A DNA stretch of 64,000 bases from Rhodospirillales bacterium (GTDB lineage: Bacteria; Pseudomonadota; Alphaproteobacteria; Rhodospirillales; JAPHRK01), in contig JAPHRK010000005.1 of assembly GCA_026196105.1 (NCBI GenBank), forward strand, positions 7,636-71,635, given 5' to 3'. Each line of letters begins with the position of its first letter. The stretch's first letter is position 1. The translations under genes and the position numbers were made by a program. Shown here piece after piece: positions 21,631 to 31,136 of the stretch. The notes under the pieces are model-generated. The model did no database searches and was not told the origin of the DNA. It saw only the letters and a program-made list of their open reading frames with translations.

Positions 21631-22137
21631 TTAAGCTTTAAGTTTAGAAACTTCAGCTTTGATTTCTTCGAGGTTTTCGCTGAAACGTTTGTTTACAGTT
21701 TCGAAGGCTTCGGTGTTTGATTTGCTAACCATTTCGGCCAACTCACGCATGTTGCCAAGAGCAGAATCAAGAGCGGTTTGAAGAACTTCAGTTTGCTTGA
21801 TGACTGAGTCTTGAACGTTGCCAGCGCTGGTTACGTTGGTAACGGTGCTGTTTACTTCTTCAAGGGTTTTTTGAAGGATTTCGCCTTGACGTTTGAATAC
21901 GGCTTGAATGCCTTCAACAGCCAATTTGTTGGCAGCAACAACTGCTTCAATGTTTTTGCGTTGCATTTCCATGATTGGTTGGATGTCCAAAGAAGGAACT
22001 TTGAAATCGCCCATAAGTTTGGTGAATTCACCAGACATTTTGGTTGGATCAAAATCAGCCATCATTTTAGAAGCGTCGAAACCGCCCATGAATTGGGTTG
22101 GGTCAAAATTAAACATCTTATTCTCTGTCTTAGCCAT
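21631..22137 (-). CDS. Phasin (PHA granule protein, ApdA/Mms16-like); true start probably ATG 22137
   Basis: QRKNIEAVVAANKLAVEGIQAVFKRQ...NMRELAEMVSKSNTEAF...INKR-like tail; GGAG RBS before 22137; PhaR-type box upstream. Confidence 0.88.
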   Translation of the reverse strand: MAKTENKMFNFDPTQFMGGFDASKMMADFDPTKMSGEFTKLMGDFKVPSLDIQPIMEMQRKNIEAVVAANKLAVEGIQAVFKRQGEILQKTLEEVNSTVTNVTSAGNVQDSVIKQTEVLQTALDSALGNMRELAEMVSKSNTEAFETVNKRFSENLEEIKAEVSKLKA

Positions 22138-22229
22138 TGTACTTACTCCACCTGCTGGGAATGAATTGTAAAAAAATTGTGTAAATCTGATCGCAATATA
22201 GGGGAGTAATGTCGGAAGGTCAAGAATTA

Positions 22230-22244
22230 TTGTGCAGTGCACAA
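22230..22244. promoter_or_regulatory. PhaR-type operator upstream of the phasin
   Basis: Perfect palindrome TTGTGCA-G-TGCACAA about 90 bp upstream of the phasin start. Confidence 0.7.
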
Positions 22245-22323
22245 AAAAATAATACGCTGCGTTTTCAGCATCTTATGAGATATTGGTAATTTTATTACGC
22301 ATTCGCAGTATGAAATTATTCTG

Positions 22324-22935
22324 CTAACCTTGTGCAGACGCAGCATTTTTTTCTGAGGGTTTAGAGGCCTTATTGCAGAAATTCATGACCCTTTCAGCTT
22401 TATCTAAGACCCGATCAAGAGCTGCCATCGTGGGAGCCATATCGTCACTGTCATCGTCGACCCAGGTTTTGAATGCCCGACCATAAAGCAAAGCCAATCC
22501 TCTTATTTTAAGGGCGCCTTTTAAACCTGAAGACTTTATACCTGCCGCTTCAAGCATCCAGGCCATGGAGTTCATAAATTGAGGAAGAGTACAAAGTCCC
22601 CCTAGGGGGTGCCGGGAAATACTGTTGGCAATTGAAACAACAGCAGGGCGATAATCTTGCAGGGCATCAAAGCGCCCCATCATGACGTCAAAAAGCCGAT
22701 CTCGTGGTGTTTCGTCACCTGAATTGACATGTTGTGAAAGGACCTCTAAGTCGATACGTTTGAGAAAGCCGTTAAGGATGGCCGGTTTTGAGTCAAAGGT
22801 TTGCCGGAGTTTTGTGAGATCACAGCCAGCTTTTGTGGCGACCTCACTCAAGGTTACGTTTTGCCAGCTTGTTTCCTCAGCTAAAGCTAAGGCTGAATCA
22901 ATGATCTTATCCTCAATTGTTTTCTTCGTAGCCAT
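22324..22935 (-). CDS. TetR-family regulator-like protein
   Basis: N-terminal HTH (ALALAEE...VTLSEVA), RDRLFDVMMGRFDAL; GGAGG RBS favours ATG 22935. Confidence 0.8.
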   Translation of the reverse strand: MATKKTIEDKIIDSALALAEETSWQNVTLSEVATKAGCDLTKLRQTFDSKPAILNGFLKRIDLEVLSQHVNSGDETPRDRLFDVMMGRFDALQDYRPAVVSIANSISRHPLGGLCTLPQFMNSMAWMLEAAGIKSSGLKGALKIRGLALLYGRAFKTWVDDDSDDMAPTMAALDRVLDKAERVMNFCNKASKPSEKNAASAQG

Positions 22936-22981
22936 GATGCATTCCTCCATTTACCCTTCTTTATTTAGGAGCAAAGTGAGG

Positions 22982-23791
22982 CTAGGCAAGGTCTTTTGAT
23001 CGTTGAGCAGCCGCTAAAATGGCGCGATCCATAACAGGTTGAAGGCCATCCTCCCCCATTAGCACCTCTAGTGCCGCCGCTGTCGTCCCCCCAGGACTTG
23101 TGACATTTATGCGCAACTGGGAGATTTCTTCAGTGGATTGGTATTGCAATTCACCTGCCCCGCTGACGGTGGCTCGCGCCAATTGTTGAGCTAGACCTTC
23201 AGGCAATCCAGCTTTCACGCCAGCAGCAGCCAAAGCCTCTGTCAGATAAAAAACATAAGCTGGACCACTGCCCGAAACAGCAACAACACCGTCCATAAGG
23301 TCTTCGTCGCCAATCCAAGCAACGTCGCCTACGGCCTCTAAAAGGGTTTGGCATTCTTCCTTTTGCTCTGCGTTGACGGGTGCGTTTGCATAAGCAACTG
23401 TGATGCCTCGCCCAACAGCGGCAGGTGTGTTTGGCATGGTTCTGACAATCCCGGCATCGCTCCCAAGGATGTTTTCAAAAAACTTTATTGTTTTACCAGC
23501 AGCAATAGAAAGGAAGACTGTTCCCGCTCCTTTATATTCTTTATAGGGTTTAACCACGGCTTCCATGACTTGGGGTTTGACTGCCAAGAGGACAACAGAT
23601 GGGCTTAGGCTGTCGGGTAGTTCTTCAAAACTGGCATAGACGTTCGTTTGGCGAGAGCGTAGCCCAACGGCTAGCTCTTCGGTAGGTTCTACAATATGAA
23701 TGGAGTTTGGGTCACGACCTTGATTAAGCCAACCGTCAAGTAAGGCGCTGCCCATTTTTCCACAGCCAACAATTAGTAGTGCGCCCGACAT
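22982..23791 (-). CDS. proC: Pyrroline-5-carboxylate reductase
   Basis: GCGKMG, AVKPQ, SIAAG, RTMPNTP, SGSGPAY, VTSPGGTT. Confidence 0.97.
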   Translation of the reverse strand: MSGALLIVGCGKMGSALLDGWLNQGRDPNSIHIVEPTEELAVGLRSRQTNVYASFEELPDSLSPSVVLLAVKPQVMEAVVKPYKEYKGAGTVFLSIAAGKTIKFFENILGSDAGIVRTMPNTPAAVGRGITVAYANAPVNAEQKEECQTLLEAVGDVAWIGDEDLMDGVVAVSGSGPAYVFYLTEALAAAGVKAGLPEGLAQQLARATVSGAGELQYQSTEEISQLRINVTSPGGTTAAALEVLMGEDGLQPVMDRAILAAAQRSKDLA

Positions 23792-23824
23792 TGTTTCTCT
23801 CCGTCTATTACGGCGAGAAAAGTC

Positions 23825-24328
23825 TTAAGCCTCGCCGACAGTTTCGATCATGGCAGCTTCAACCGCCTCTGATGCTGTCTTACCACCCCAGATAACAAAC
23901 TGGAAGGCAGGATAGAAACGATTGCACTCACTTACAGCAATCTCTAACAAATCTTCCAGTTGATCGGCGGAAATTTGGCCTTTGAGCAGCATGGTATGGC
24001 GAAAGAGAGGGAGGCCTTCTTCTTCCCAAAAGCTAAAATACCCAAGCCACATCTTTTCGTTGATCTGAATAAGAAGACGAAAAACTTCATCTTTCTTGTT
24101 TTCAGGAACCCGCATATCGAAGCTACAGGAGAAATGTAATGCTCCAGCGTTTTGACTCCAGGCAAAGAACAAGCTGAAGTCACACCATTTACCTACAATT
24201 TCAATTGCGAGCTCGTCTGGGCTACGTCGATCACAGGACCATTCTTTACCCAGAACGATCTCTTCGATAACCTCAAGGGGGTTGTCAGTCGGGCTGATGA
24301 AATCATCAGCTAGTTGTATTCCAGACAT
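23825..24328 (-). CDS. YbjN-domain protein (true start probably ATG 24328)
   Basis: NPLEVIE...GKWCDFSLFFAW...INEKMWLGYF...CNRFYPAFQFVIWGGK...ETVGEA; usual neighbour of proC in alphaproteobacteria. Confidence 0.88.
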   Translation of the reverse strand: MSGIQLADDFISPTDNPLEVIEEIVLGKEWSCDRRSPDELAIEIVGKWCDFSLFFAWSQNAGALHFSCSFDMRVPENKKDEVFRLLIQINEKMWLGYFSFWEEEGLPLFRHTMLLKGQISADQLEDLLEIAVSECNRFYPAFQFVIWGGKTASEAVEAAMIETVGEA

Positions 24329-24537
24329 CGTAGCGCTCCCCAGCGAGTTAGTATTTCTCAGTCGGGCCTTTTTGGTTAAGGCCTTAACGGTTTTACACCC
24401 TATATCTTGGTATATCCCCGATATGTAGTGTTTAAGCGTTAACCTATCCACTAGGGACAGATTGCCATAAGCAGGACTCACGACGCAAGGGGGGAAAGAG
24501 TCGGAATGAAAAATCTTGTGGAAAAGCTTAAGCCGTT

Positions 24538-26208
24538 TTATTCACCAGTAGCTTTTTTTACACAATTTCGACCTGCATGTTTCGCTTCATAAAGAGCTTC
24601 GTCGGCTTTTTTGTTGATTTCTGCTGGGTCGTCTATGGTGGGAAAATCTGCGACGCCGCAACTAAATGTCGTCACAAATTCTTCGTTTTCTGAATGTTGC
24701 TTTACTTTGCCAAAACCACGGCGGATTTTATCAAGGACCTGAACAGCGGTATCGCCATCTGTATTTGGAAGGATAATGGCAAATTCTTCCCCGCCATAAC
24801 GCCCAATAATATCCGAGCGCCGAAGGCGTTGTCGCAAAACCTGGGCAAGGCTTTTAATTACCGTATCTCCTGTCCAATGTCCGTAGGTATCGTTGACGTT
24901 CTTGAAGTTATCAATGTCAAGCATGGCAAATGAGAGGGGCTGCTTAAAACGTTTAGAACGAGCAAATTCATCACCGAGCATTTCTTTGATTTTCGTGTGA
25001 TTGGCAAGGCCAGTCATACTATCTCGAGAAATCATAGAGCTAAGCATCCTGGCGCGTTCGGCGCGTGCTCTAATAGAGGAAATCAGTAACTCGGGGTAAA
25101 CTGGCTTAGCAAAGAAATCATCACCACCGGTTTTTAGGGCCAATAGTTCACGCTCAAAGCCACCATCAGCAGTTAAGAATATAATAGGTGTCTGGAAGAA
25201 TTCTTCACGTTGGCGAATAACCTGAGCCAGCTCAATACCATTACAACCCGGCATATTGATATCCATGAGGATAATATCAGGATTTAGCTCATGTAAGGGG
25301 CCCATAATTTCCATTGGATCAAAAACCAAATGGGCTATCATGCCAGCTCCTTCAAGGAGGACCTTATAAAGTTCTGCTAAGGCTTGAGAATCTTCAACAA
25401 CGAGAACTCGGTAGGGGTCCGGGTCTTCCTGGCTGGTGAACTCATCTAAGGCTTCAACAATACGGGCAATGTCGTTGGGATTGGTTAAAAAGGCTGCGGC
25501 TCCGCTTCGTACAGCCTGCAGTCTCAAATCCAAAGTATCTTGAGCGCCTAGCAGAATAATTGGAGGCATATCTTTACGAACTTCTTTAACTGAGCTGACT
25601 AAATCAAATAACTTCCCGCCGTTTTCATCGTAATCAGCCCCAAGAATAATAGCTGAGGGACGTCTAGATTGAAGTTCATCTCTTAAGGCGTCTGAGTTAT
25701 CAAAAATTTCCAGTATGTATCCGTAGTGTTTAAGCTGTGAAGCGAGCGGTCCCCCAATTGCTTCATTCCCGTCAAGAACAAAAACTTCGTTGGCTTCATC
25801 ATTTGTGTCATCGGGGAGGGGGCTTTTTTTTTGGTTACTGAGCCCTTCAAATACATCCACTCCATCATCATTGAGGCTGGCTTTGAGGTCGTTGATTAAG
25901 GCCGCAATTTGTTGGCGTTCTTCACGGGATAATTGCCCATTTCCTTTTTTTACAGCAAGGAGCAAAGTCTGAATAGTGCGAGCAATTCGTCCAACTGAAA
26001 TGAACCCAAGAGTGGGGGCGGTTCCTGCAAGTTTATGAACAACATGTACCAAAGCATCAAGACATTCAGCCTGTGCCTCTTGTCCCTCAGCTTTGAGAAG
26101 TTCTGCCCAAGCCATGTCAGCTTCTGCAAGCTTTTCAGGCAGCTTAGCACCAAAAGCATCTTTGGCTTCTTGCAGTTTGGCCTTTAAGACCAAATCGATA
26201 TCACTCAT
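24538..26208 (-). CDS. Hpt-REC-REC-GGDEF diguanylate cyclase
   Basis: Hpt HKLAGTA; degenerate first REC; canonical second REC (VEDS, LMDINMP, KP); RRSD I-site and GGEEF. Confidence 0.92.
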   Translation of the reverse strand: MSDIDLVLKAKLQEAKDAFGAKLPEKLAEADMAWAELLKAEGQEAQAECLDALVHVVHKLAGTAPTLGFISVGRIARTIQTLLLAVKKGNGQLSREERQQIAALINDLKASLNDDGVDVFEGLSNQKKSPLPDDTNDEANEVFVLDGNEAIGGPLASQLKHYGYILEIFDNSDALRDELQSRRPSAIILGADYDENGGKLFDLVSSVKEVRKDMPPIILLGAQDTLDLRLQAVRSGAAAFLTNPNDIARIVEALDEFTSQEDPDPYRVLVVEDSQALAELYKVLLEGAGMIAHLVFDPMEIMGPLHELNPDIILMDINMPGCNGIELAQVIRQREEFFQTPIIFLTADGGFERELLALKTGGDDFFAKPVYPELLISSIRARAERARMLSSMISRDSMTGLANHTKIKEMLGDEFARSKRFKQPLSFAMLDIDNFKNVNDTYGHWTGDTVIKSLAQVLRQRLRRSDIIGRYGGEEFAIILPNTDGDTAVQVLDKIRRGFGKVKQHSENEEFVTTFSCGVADFPTIDDPAEINKKADEALYEAKHAGRNCVKKATGE

Positions 26209-26396
26209 TCTTTTCCCCAGACAGCAGGTATTTTTCTTCTTATCTGAAAGTACTCAAATACTCTAAAGAGTTTATTTAAGTTCCAGATTATCTCTATGCT
26301 ATTATTAACGAGTCCTTATGCTCTTCTTTAAATAGAAGGATTTTCAACTGGTAATTCAAGTTATAAAATTGAAATAGAATAATATATGATCATAAG

Positions 26397-26413
26397 TATA
26401 ACAAAAAATTATA
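26397..26413. promoter_or_regulatory. LysR-type operator upstream of the ABC operon
   Basis: TATAA-N7-TTATA dyad containing T-N11-A in an AT-rich promoter region; a LysR gene lies in the same operon. Confidence 0.5.
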
Positions 26414-26555
26414 TTAGTTTATGAAATTGGTATTAGACATGATAGCCAAACCCGCCTTAGTATAACCTCAACAGCTGCGACAATGGCAGTGAATAGAAAC
26501 AATCTATATCTAGGTTTTTTATAATCAACTCGAACTATCACTAACGGGGAGTTCA

Positions 26556-27815
26556 ATGACAAATAAACCAACTAAAGGGGTTTCCACCCCAATTTCACGT
26601 CGTACATTTGCAAAAGGTATGGCCATAGGTACAGCAGCTTTAGCGAGTCCATTTTCAATTATTGGCTCTGCTAATGCAGCAAAACCTCTTAAAATAGGCG
26701 TTTTGTCACCGGAATCAGGTTTTTTTGCTCGTGAAGGCCAGGCATGTCGTCGCGGATATGAACTCGCTGGTCCCATGCTTGCTGATATGGGTATGCCTGT
26801 TGAGATGATGTTCGCTGATACAGAATCCAGTGCTGATAAAGCACGGACAGCGGCTGAAAAATTGATCAACGAAGGCGCTCATATTTTGGTTGGTGCTTTT
26901 GTTTCGGGTCATACCATGGCAATTGCTCAGGTTGCTGAACAAAAGGGTATTCCCCATATTATTAATATTGCGGCGGCTCCTCAGATTACTAAGCAAGGAT
27001 ATAAGTACGTCTTCCGTAATTTTGCTACTGGCCCCATGTTGATTAAGAACGGCTTTGGGTTGATTAAAGATTTATTCAAAGCAACAGGCACAACACCCAA
27101 AACGGCTGTGTTTATGCATGTGAACGATACGTTCGGTAAAGCTATGGCTGGTGGTGTAAAGGCCTTAGCACCTCGGATGGACTTACCCTTTAAGATCGTT
27201 GAAACTATTGCTTATGATCCTAAAGCCAAAGATCTTTCCGTTGAAATTGCTAAAGCGAAATCGACGAAGGCAGATATTTTGCTACCAGCTTCCCATGGAC
27301 CAGACGCTATTATGATGGTTCGGGAAATGGTCAAGCAACGCTGGGAGCCAATGGGCATTATGACCCCAGGTGCCCCCGGAACCTATGATCAAGCATTCTT
27401 TAAAACCCTGCAGCGCTTCTCCGAATATGTAATGGCGAACGTTCCTTGGATGGACCCAAACTTGGATATGACCAAGACTTTGGCTTCAGGTTTTGCCAAA
27501 AAATATCCTAAGAACATGATGGAATTGAACGTGGGCTTCAGCTTTGAGGCGACTTTGATTGCCGCAGACGCCTATAAGCGGGCAGGTTCATCAAACCCAG
27601 ACCAATTAGCGGCTGCTTTAAGGGAAACCAACATCACCAATCACGTGATGGTCGGTGGACCAATCCAATTCAATAAAGAAGGCCAAAACGTCAATATTAA
27701 ATCCACAACGCTTCAGAACCTCGATCGTAAACCGACCGTTGTTCTGCCAGCCGGTTCTGCGGAGGCCAAACCGGTCTTCCCGATGCCCGGTTGGAGGGAT
27801 GCAAAACGGAAATAA
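26556..27815 (+). CDS. ABC transporter substrate-binding protein (branched-chain/aromatic acid family), Tat-exported
   Basis: SRRTFAK twin-arginine signal, PLKIGVLSPESG; followed by LivHMGF-like genes. Confidence 0.92.
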   Translation: MTNKPTKGVSTPISRRTFAKGMAIGTAALASPFSIIGSANAAKPLKIGVLSPESGFFAREGQACRRGYELAGPMLADMGMPVEMMFADTESSADKARTAAEKLINEGAHILVGAFVSGHTMAIAQVAEQKGIPHIINIAAAPQITKQGYKYVFRNFATGPMLIKNGFGLIKDLFKATGTTPKTAVFMHVNDTFGKAMAGGVKALAPRMDLPFKIVETIAYDPKAKDLSVEIAKAKSTKADILLPASHGPDAIMMVREMVKQRWEPMGIMTPGAPGTYDQAFFKTLQRFSEYVMANVPWMDPNLDMTKTLASGFAKKYPKNMMELNVGFSFEATLIAADAYKRAGSSNPDQLAAALRETNITNHVMVGGPIQFNKEGQNVNIKSTTLQNLDRKPTVVLPAGSAEAKPVFPMPGWRDAKRK

Positions 27816-27818
27816 AAT

Positions 27819-28691
27819 ATGACTTGGGACACTATCGCCAACATTATGATTGGCGGCGTCCTGACTGGCTTAGTTTACGCACTGATGGCCTTGGGGCTCT
27901 CCGTTATCTTCGGGGTCATCAAAGTGGTAAACTTTGCTCATGGGGAAATGATGGCTCTGGCAATGTACGCCGCCTTTGTCATCTTCTCCACCTATGGTCT
28001 TGACCCGCTCCTCGCCACACCAATTATCGCCGGAGGCCTGTTTCTTATAGGTTATATTATGCAGCGCGCTTTGGTTGCGCCTTTTGTCACGCGACCTGAG
28101 CATGAGCAGTTTATTCTCTTGCTGGCTGTTGCCATCTTGTTGGTCAATGGCTTGCTTCTGATCTTCGGACCTGACGCTCAAAGCGTTATGGTGGAATATG
28201 GTTTTGATTCTTTTGAAGTCGGACCGCTTATTTTGGACAAGGTCAAGGTTTATGCCGCAGCCGCCTCTATCGCCGTTGCGCTCTCTCTCTTGTTGTTTTT
28301 CAAATATACTCGAACCGGAAAGGCTATCCGCGCCTGCTCAGATAATTTACGCGGAGCTCAAGTAGTTGGTTTGAATATTAAAAACCTCTATGCGCTTACT
28401 TTTGGTCTTGGGGCGGCGTGCGTGGGGGCGGCGGGTTGTTTGCTCAGCATGTTGGTTGATATTACCCCCATGCTGGCACCTGAACTTACCTTGTTAGCGT
28501 TTATTATCGTCATCATTGGGGGGCTAGGCAGCCTGAGTGGGGCTTTGCTCGGCGGCGTTCTTATTGGGGCTTCTGAGGCTTTGGCAGGGTTGTTGATCAC
28601 GCCTTCCATGAAATCCCTCTTTAGTTTTGGCCTCCTGATTTTGGTTCTGGCAATTCGCCCCCAAGGTCTACTTGGTAAGAGGTCTTCATAA
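27819..28691 (+). CDS. ABC permease (LivH-like)
   Basis: YALMALGLSVIFGV...VNFAHGE, TRTGKAIRA, IIGGLGS, RPQGLLG. Confidence 0.93.
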   Translation: MTWDTIANIMIGGVLTGLVYALMALGLSVIFGVIKVVNFAHGEMMALAMYAAFVIFSTYGLDPLLATPIIAGGLFLIGYIMQRALVAPFVTRPEHEQFILLLAVAILLVNGLLLIFGPDAQSVMVEYGFDSFEVGPLILDKVKVYAAAASIAVALSLLLFFKYTRTGKAIRACSDNLRGAQVVGLNIKNLYALTFGLGAACVGAAGCLLSMLVDITPMLAPELTLLAFIIVIIGGLGSLSGALLGGVLIGASEALAGLLITPSMKSLFSFGLLILVLAIRPQGLLGKRSS

Positions 28692-29704
28692 TGGAACGTA
28701 TATTTGGTGGCGTTCCGAAAAGGGCCCTCGGGCTTTTAGGTTTGATGATTGCCTCATTGATCATCGCACCAGCTATTGTTAACGCCTACGTCCTCTCAGT
28801 GATCTTGATCACCTTGTATTTTGCTTATGTCGGGCAGGCGTGGAACTTGATGATGGGTTACGCTGGGCAACTTTCTCTTGGGCATACCCTCTACGTGGGG
28901 CTCGGGGCTTATACCTCAGCCGCTTTGTTTGTCCATTTTGGAATTTCCCCCTTGATTGGCCTTTTTGTTGGCATGGCAATCGCTGTTGCGGCAGGAGCGC
29001 TTATTGGCTCGATGGCTTTTCGCTTTGGGATCGGAGGCGTTTACTTTGCTCTCTTAACCATTGCTTTTGCCGAGTTCACTCGCATTTTGTTCGAGCATTT
29101 TGATTGGGTTGGGGCCATGGGAGGATTTTTTCTCCCGGTAGAAAACCGTGATAGCAGTGATTTTCTTAATCTGCGCGGTGGCCCAGTGATGTTTTACTAC
29201 GTCATTTTGTTCCTGTGTTTTGCTGCCCTTGGGGTAAATCAATGGCTACTGCGCTCTCGTCTCGGTTATTACTGGATGGCTATCCGCGAAGACCAAGAAG
29301 CGGCTCAAGCAGTTGGTATTAACACCTTCCGTTATAAGATGATTGCGGTGATGATTTCTGCCGCCATGACAGCTCTTGGTGGGGTGTTTATTGCCTTTTA
29401 TTACAATAATCTTTTCCCCGCTGATGCTTTTGGGATGCACCGCTCAATAGAGCTTATTCTCGCCCCGATCATTGGCGGCATGGGAACCCTGTTTGGTCCT
29501 ATTCTCGGTGCTTTTATCCTCACCCCTCTTGGGGAGGGATTAACCATACTAATGGAAAGTATGGGCGTTAAAGCAGCGGGTGTGAAACAGCTTTTTTATG
29601 GGGTGATTTTGCTGGTAATTATCCGTTTTGTTCCAGGTGGCGTCTGGCCTTTGATTTCAAAAAAACTTGGCATTGATAAACGGATGAAGGGGAAGAGCGA
29701 ATGA
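28691..29704 (+). CDS. ABC permease (LivM-like)
   Basis: WNLMMGYAGQLSLGH, GVYFALLTIAFAE, AIREDQEAA, IIGGMGTLFGP. Confidence 0.93.
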   Translation: MERIFGGVPKRALGLLGLMIASLIIAPAIVNAYVLSVILITLYFAYVGQAWNLMMGYAGQLSLGHTLYVGLGAYTSAALFVHFGISPLIGLFVGMAIAVAAGALIGSMAFRFGIGGVYFALLTIAFAEFTRILFEHFDWVGAMGGFFLPVENRDSSDFLNLRGGPVMFYYVILFLCFAALGVNQWLLRSRLGYYWMAIREDQEAAQAVGINTFRYKMIAVMISAAMTALGGVFIAFYYNNLFPADAFGMHRSIELILAPIIGGMGTLFGPILGAFILTPLGEGLTILMESMGVKAAGVKQLFYGVILLVIIRFVPGGVWPLISKKLGIDKRMKGKSE

Positions 29705-30429
29705 GTGTACCTCTTCTAAAAATTGATCAGCTGGCAAAATCATTTAAGGGTTTAAGAGCTGTTGATGGGGTATCCATCGAAGTGCCAGAGGGTAAAATTT
29801 ATGCGCTTATCGGTCCTAATGGAGCGGGTAAAACCACTATTTTTAATATGATCGCTGGGGTTTTTGCTCCTACAGAAGGGCAAGTGCTCTTTGGTGGCCA
29901 GGATATCACAGGCCTTCGCCCCGATCAGGTTTGTCAGGCCGGGATTGGGCGCACTTTCCAGGTGGTTAAGCCATTTAATGATCTTTCCGTGCTTGATAAT
30001 GTTTTAGTGGGGGCTTTGCGTAAAACCCCTCATGTGGACGAGGCTCGGGAAGCAGCTTCGACTATTTTGAAGCAATTAGGGCTAGATGGTAAATCTCAGC
30101 AAATGGCAACGAACCTTACTTTGCCGGAGCGCAAAAGATTAGAGGTCGCCCGGGCTCTGGCGACAGGTCCACAACTGCTGCTCTTAGATGAAGTGATGGC
30201 AGGATTGCGTCCTACTGAAACCGATGAAATGGTTACTTTCTTTAGAAACCTCAATAAAGAAACCGGTATAACTATTTTGCTGATTGAGCATGTGATGCGC
30301 GCTGTCATGGCCTTGTCTGAACGGGTCTATGTGGTGAACTATGGTCAGCTTCTCTCTCAAGGAACCCCGGATGAAGTGGTCAATGACCAAGCCGTGCTTG
30401 ACTGCTACTTAGGGGAGGATGCGTTTTAG
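29701..30429 (+). CDS. ABC ATP-binding protein (LivG-like)
   Basis: GPNGAGKTT, RTFQ, LLLLDE, LIEH. Confidence 0.95.
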   Translation: MSVPLLKIDQLAKSFKGLRAVDGVSIEVPEGKIYALIGPNGAGKTTIFNMIAGVFAPTEGQVLFGGQDITGLRPDQVCQAGIGRTFQVVKPFNDLSVLDNVLVGALRKTPHVDEAREAASTILKQLGLDGKSQQMATNLTLPERKRLEVARALATGPQLLLLDEVMAGLRPTETDEMVTFFRNLNKETGITILLIEHVMRAVMALSERVYVVNYGQLLSQGTPDEVVNDQAVLDCYLGEDAF

Positions 30430-31134
30430 ATGTTAAAAGTTGAAAACCTTCACCTCTATTACGGTGACGCCCAAGCTTTATCTGATGTCTCTCTCAATGT
30501 ACCCGATGGTGAAATCGTGGCGATTGTCGGAGCCAACGGTGCGGGGAAATCTTCTCTGATTCGCACCTTGGCAGGTATTGAAAAACCAGCACAGGGAACC
30601 ATTACTTTTGATGGTCAGGATATCACCGGACAGCCGAGTTACAAAGTTTGTGAACTGGGCTTAGGTCAGGTGGCTGAAGGGCGGCAAATTTTCCCCTCAA
30701 TGACCATTAAAGAAAACCTTGAGATGGGAGCGGTGATTAACCGTGGGCGTGCTCATGCAGAGCGTAATTTTGAGCGCGCAACTACTATTTTCCCCAGATT
30801 GAAAGAACGTCTTGATCAAGCTGCAGGCACTTTGTCTGGCGGGGAGCAACAAATGCTTGCTATTGGCCGCTGTCTCATGGGTGAGCCAAAGATGATCATG
30901 TTTGATGAACCCTCTTTAGGGTTGGCCCCGGCTTTAGTCCAGGAAGTTTTCCAGGTTATCCACCGCCTCAACGATGAAGGCATCACCGTGGTTTTGGTTG
31001 AGCAAAACGTGGCTGTTTCCTTAAAGATGGCCAACCACGCCTATGTACTTGAAAACGGGCATATGGTGATGGAAGGGACAGGAGAAAGCCTGCTGAATGA
31101 TGACCGGGTGCGTCAAGCTTATTTAGGGCTATAG
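30430..31134 (+). CDS. ABC ATP-binding protein (LivF-like)
   Basis: GANGAGKSS, LSGGEQQMLA, DEPSLGLAP, VEQN. Confidence 0.95.
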   Translation: MLKVENLHLYYGDAQALSDVSLNVPDGEIVAIVGANGAGKSSLIRTLAGIEKPAQGTITFDGQDITGQPSYKVCELGLGQVAEGRQIFPSMTIKENLEMGAVINRGRAHAERNFERATTIFPRLKERLDQAAGTLSGGEQQMLAIGRCLMGEPKMIMFDEPSLGLAPALVQEVFQVIHRLNDEGITVVLVEQNVAVSLKMANHAYVLENGHMVMEGTGESLLNDDRVRQAYLGL

Positions 31135-31136
31135 GC

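Noticed and set aside
22138-24481. Long N-terminal extensions of the phasin (to 22242) and YbjN (to 24481) in the ORF track
   Set aside because: They run through promoter/operator sequence; downstream ATGs have better RBS and family-typical N-termini
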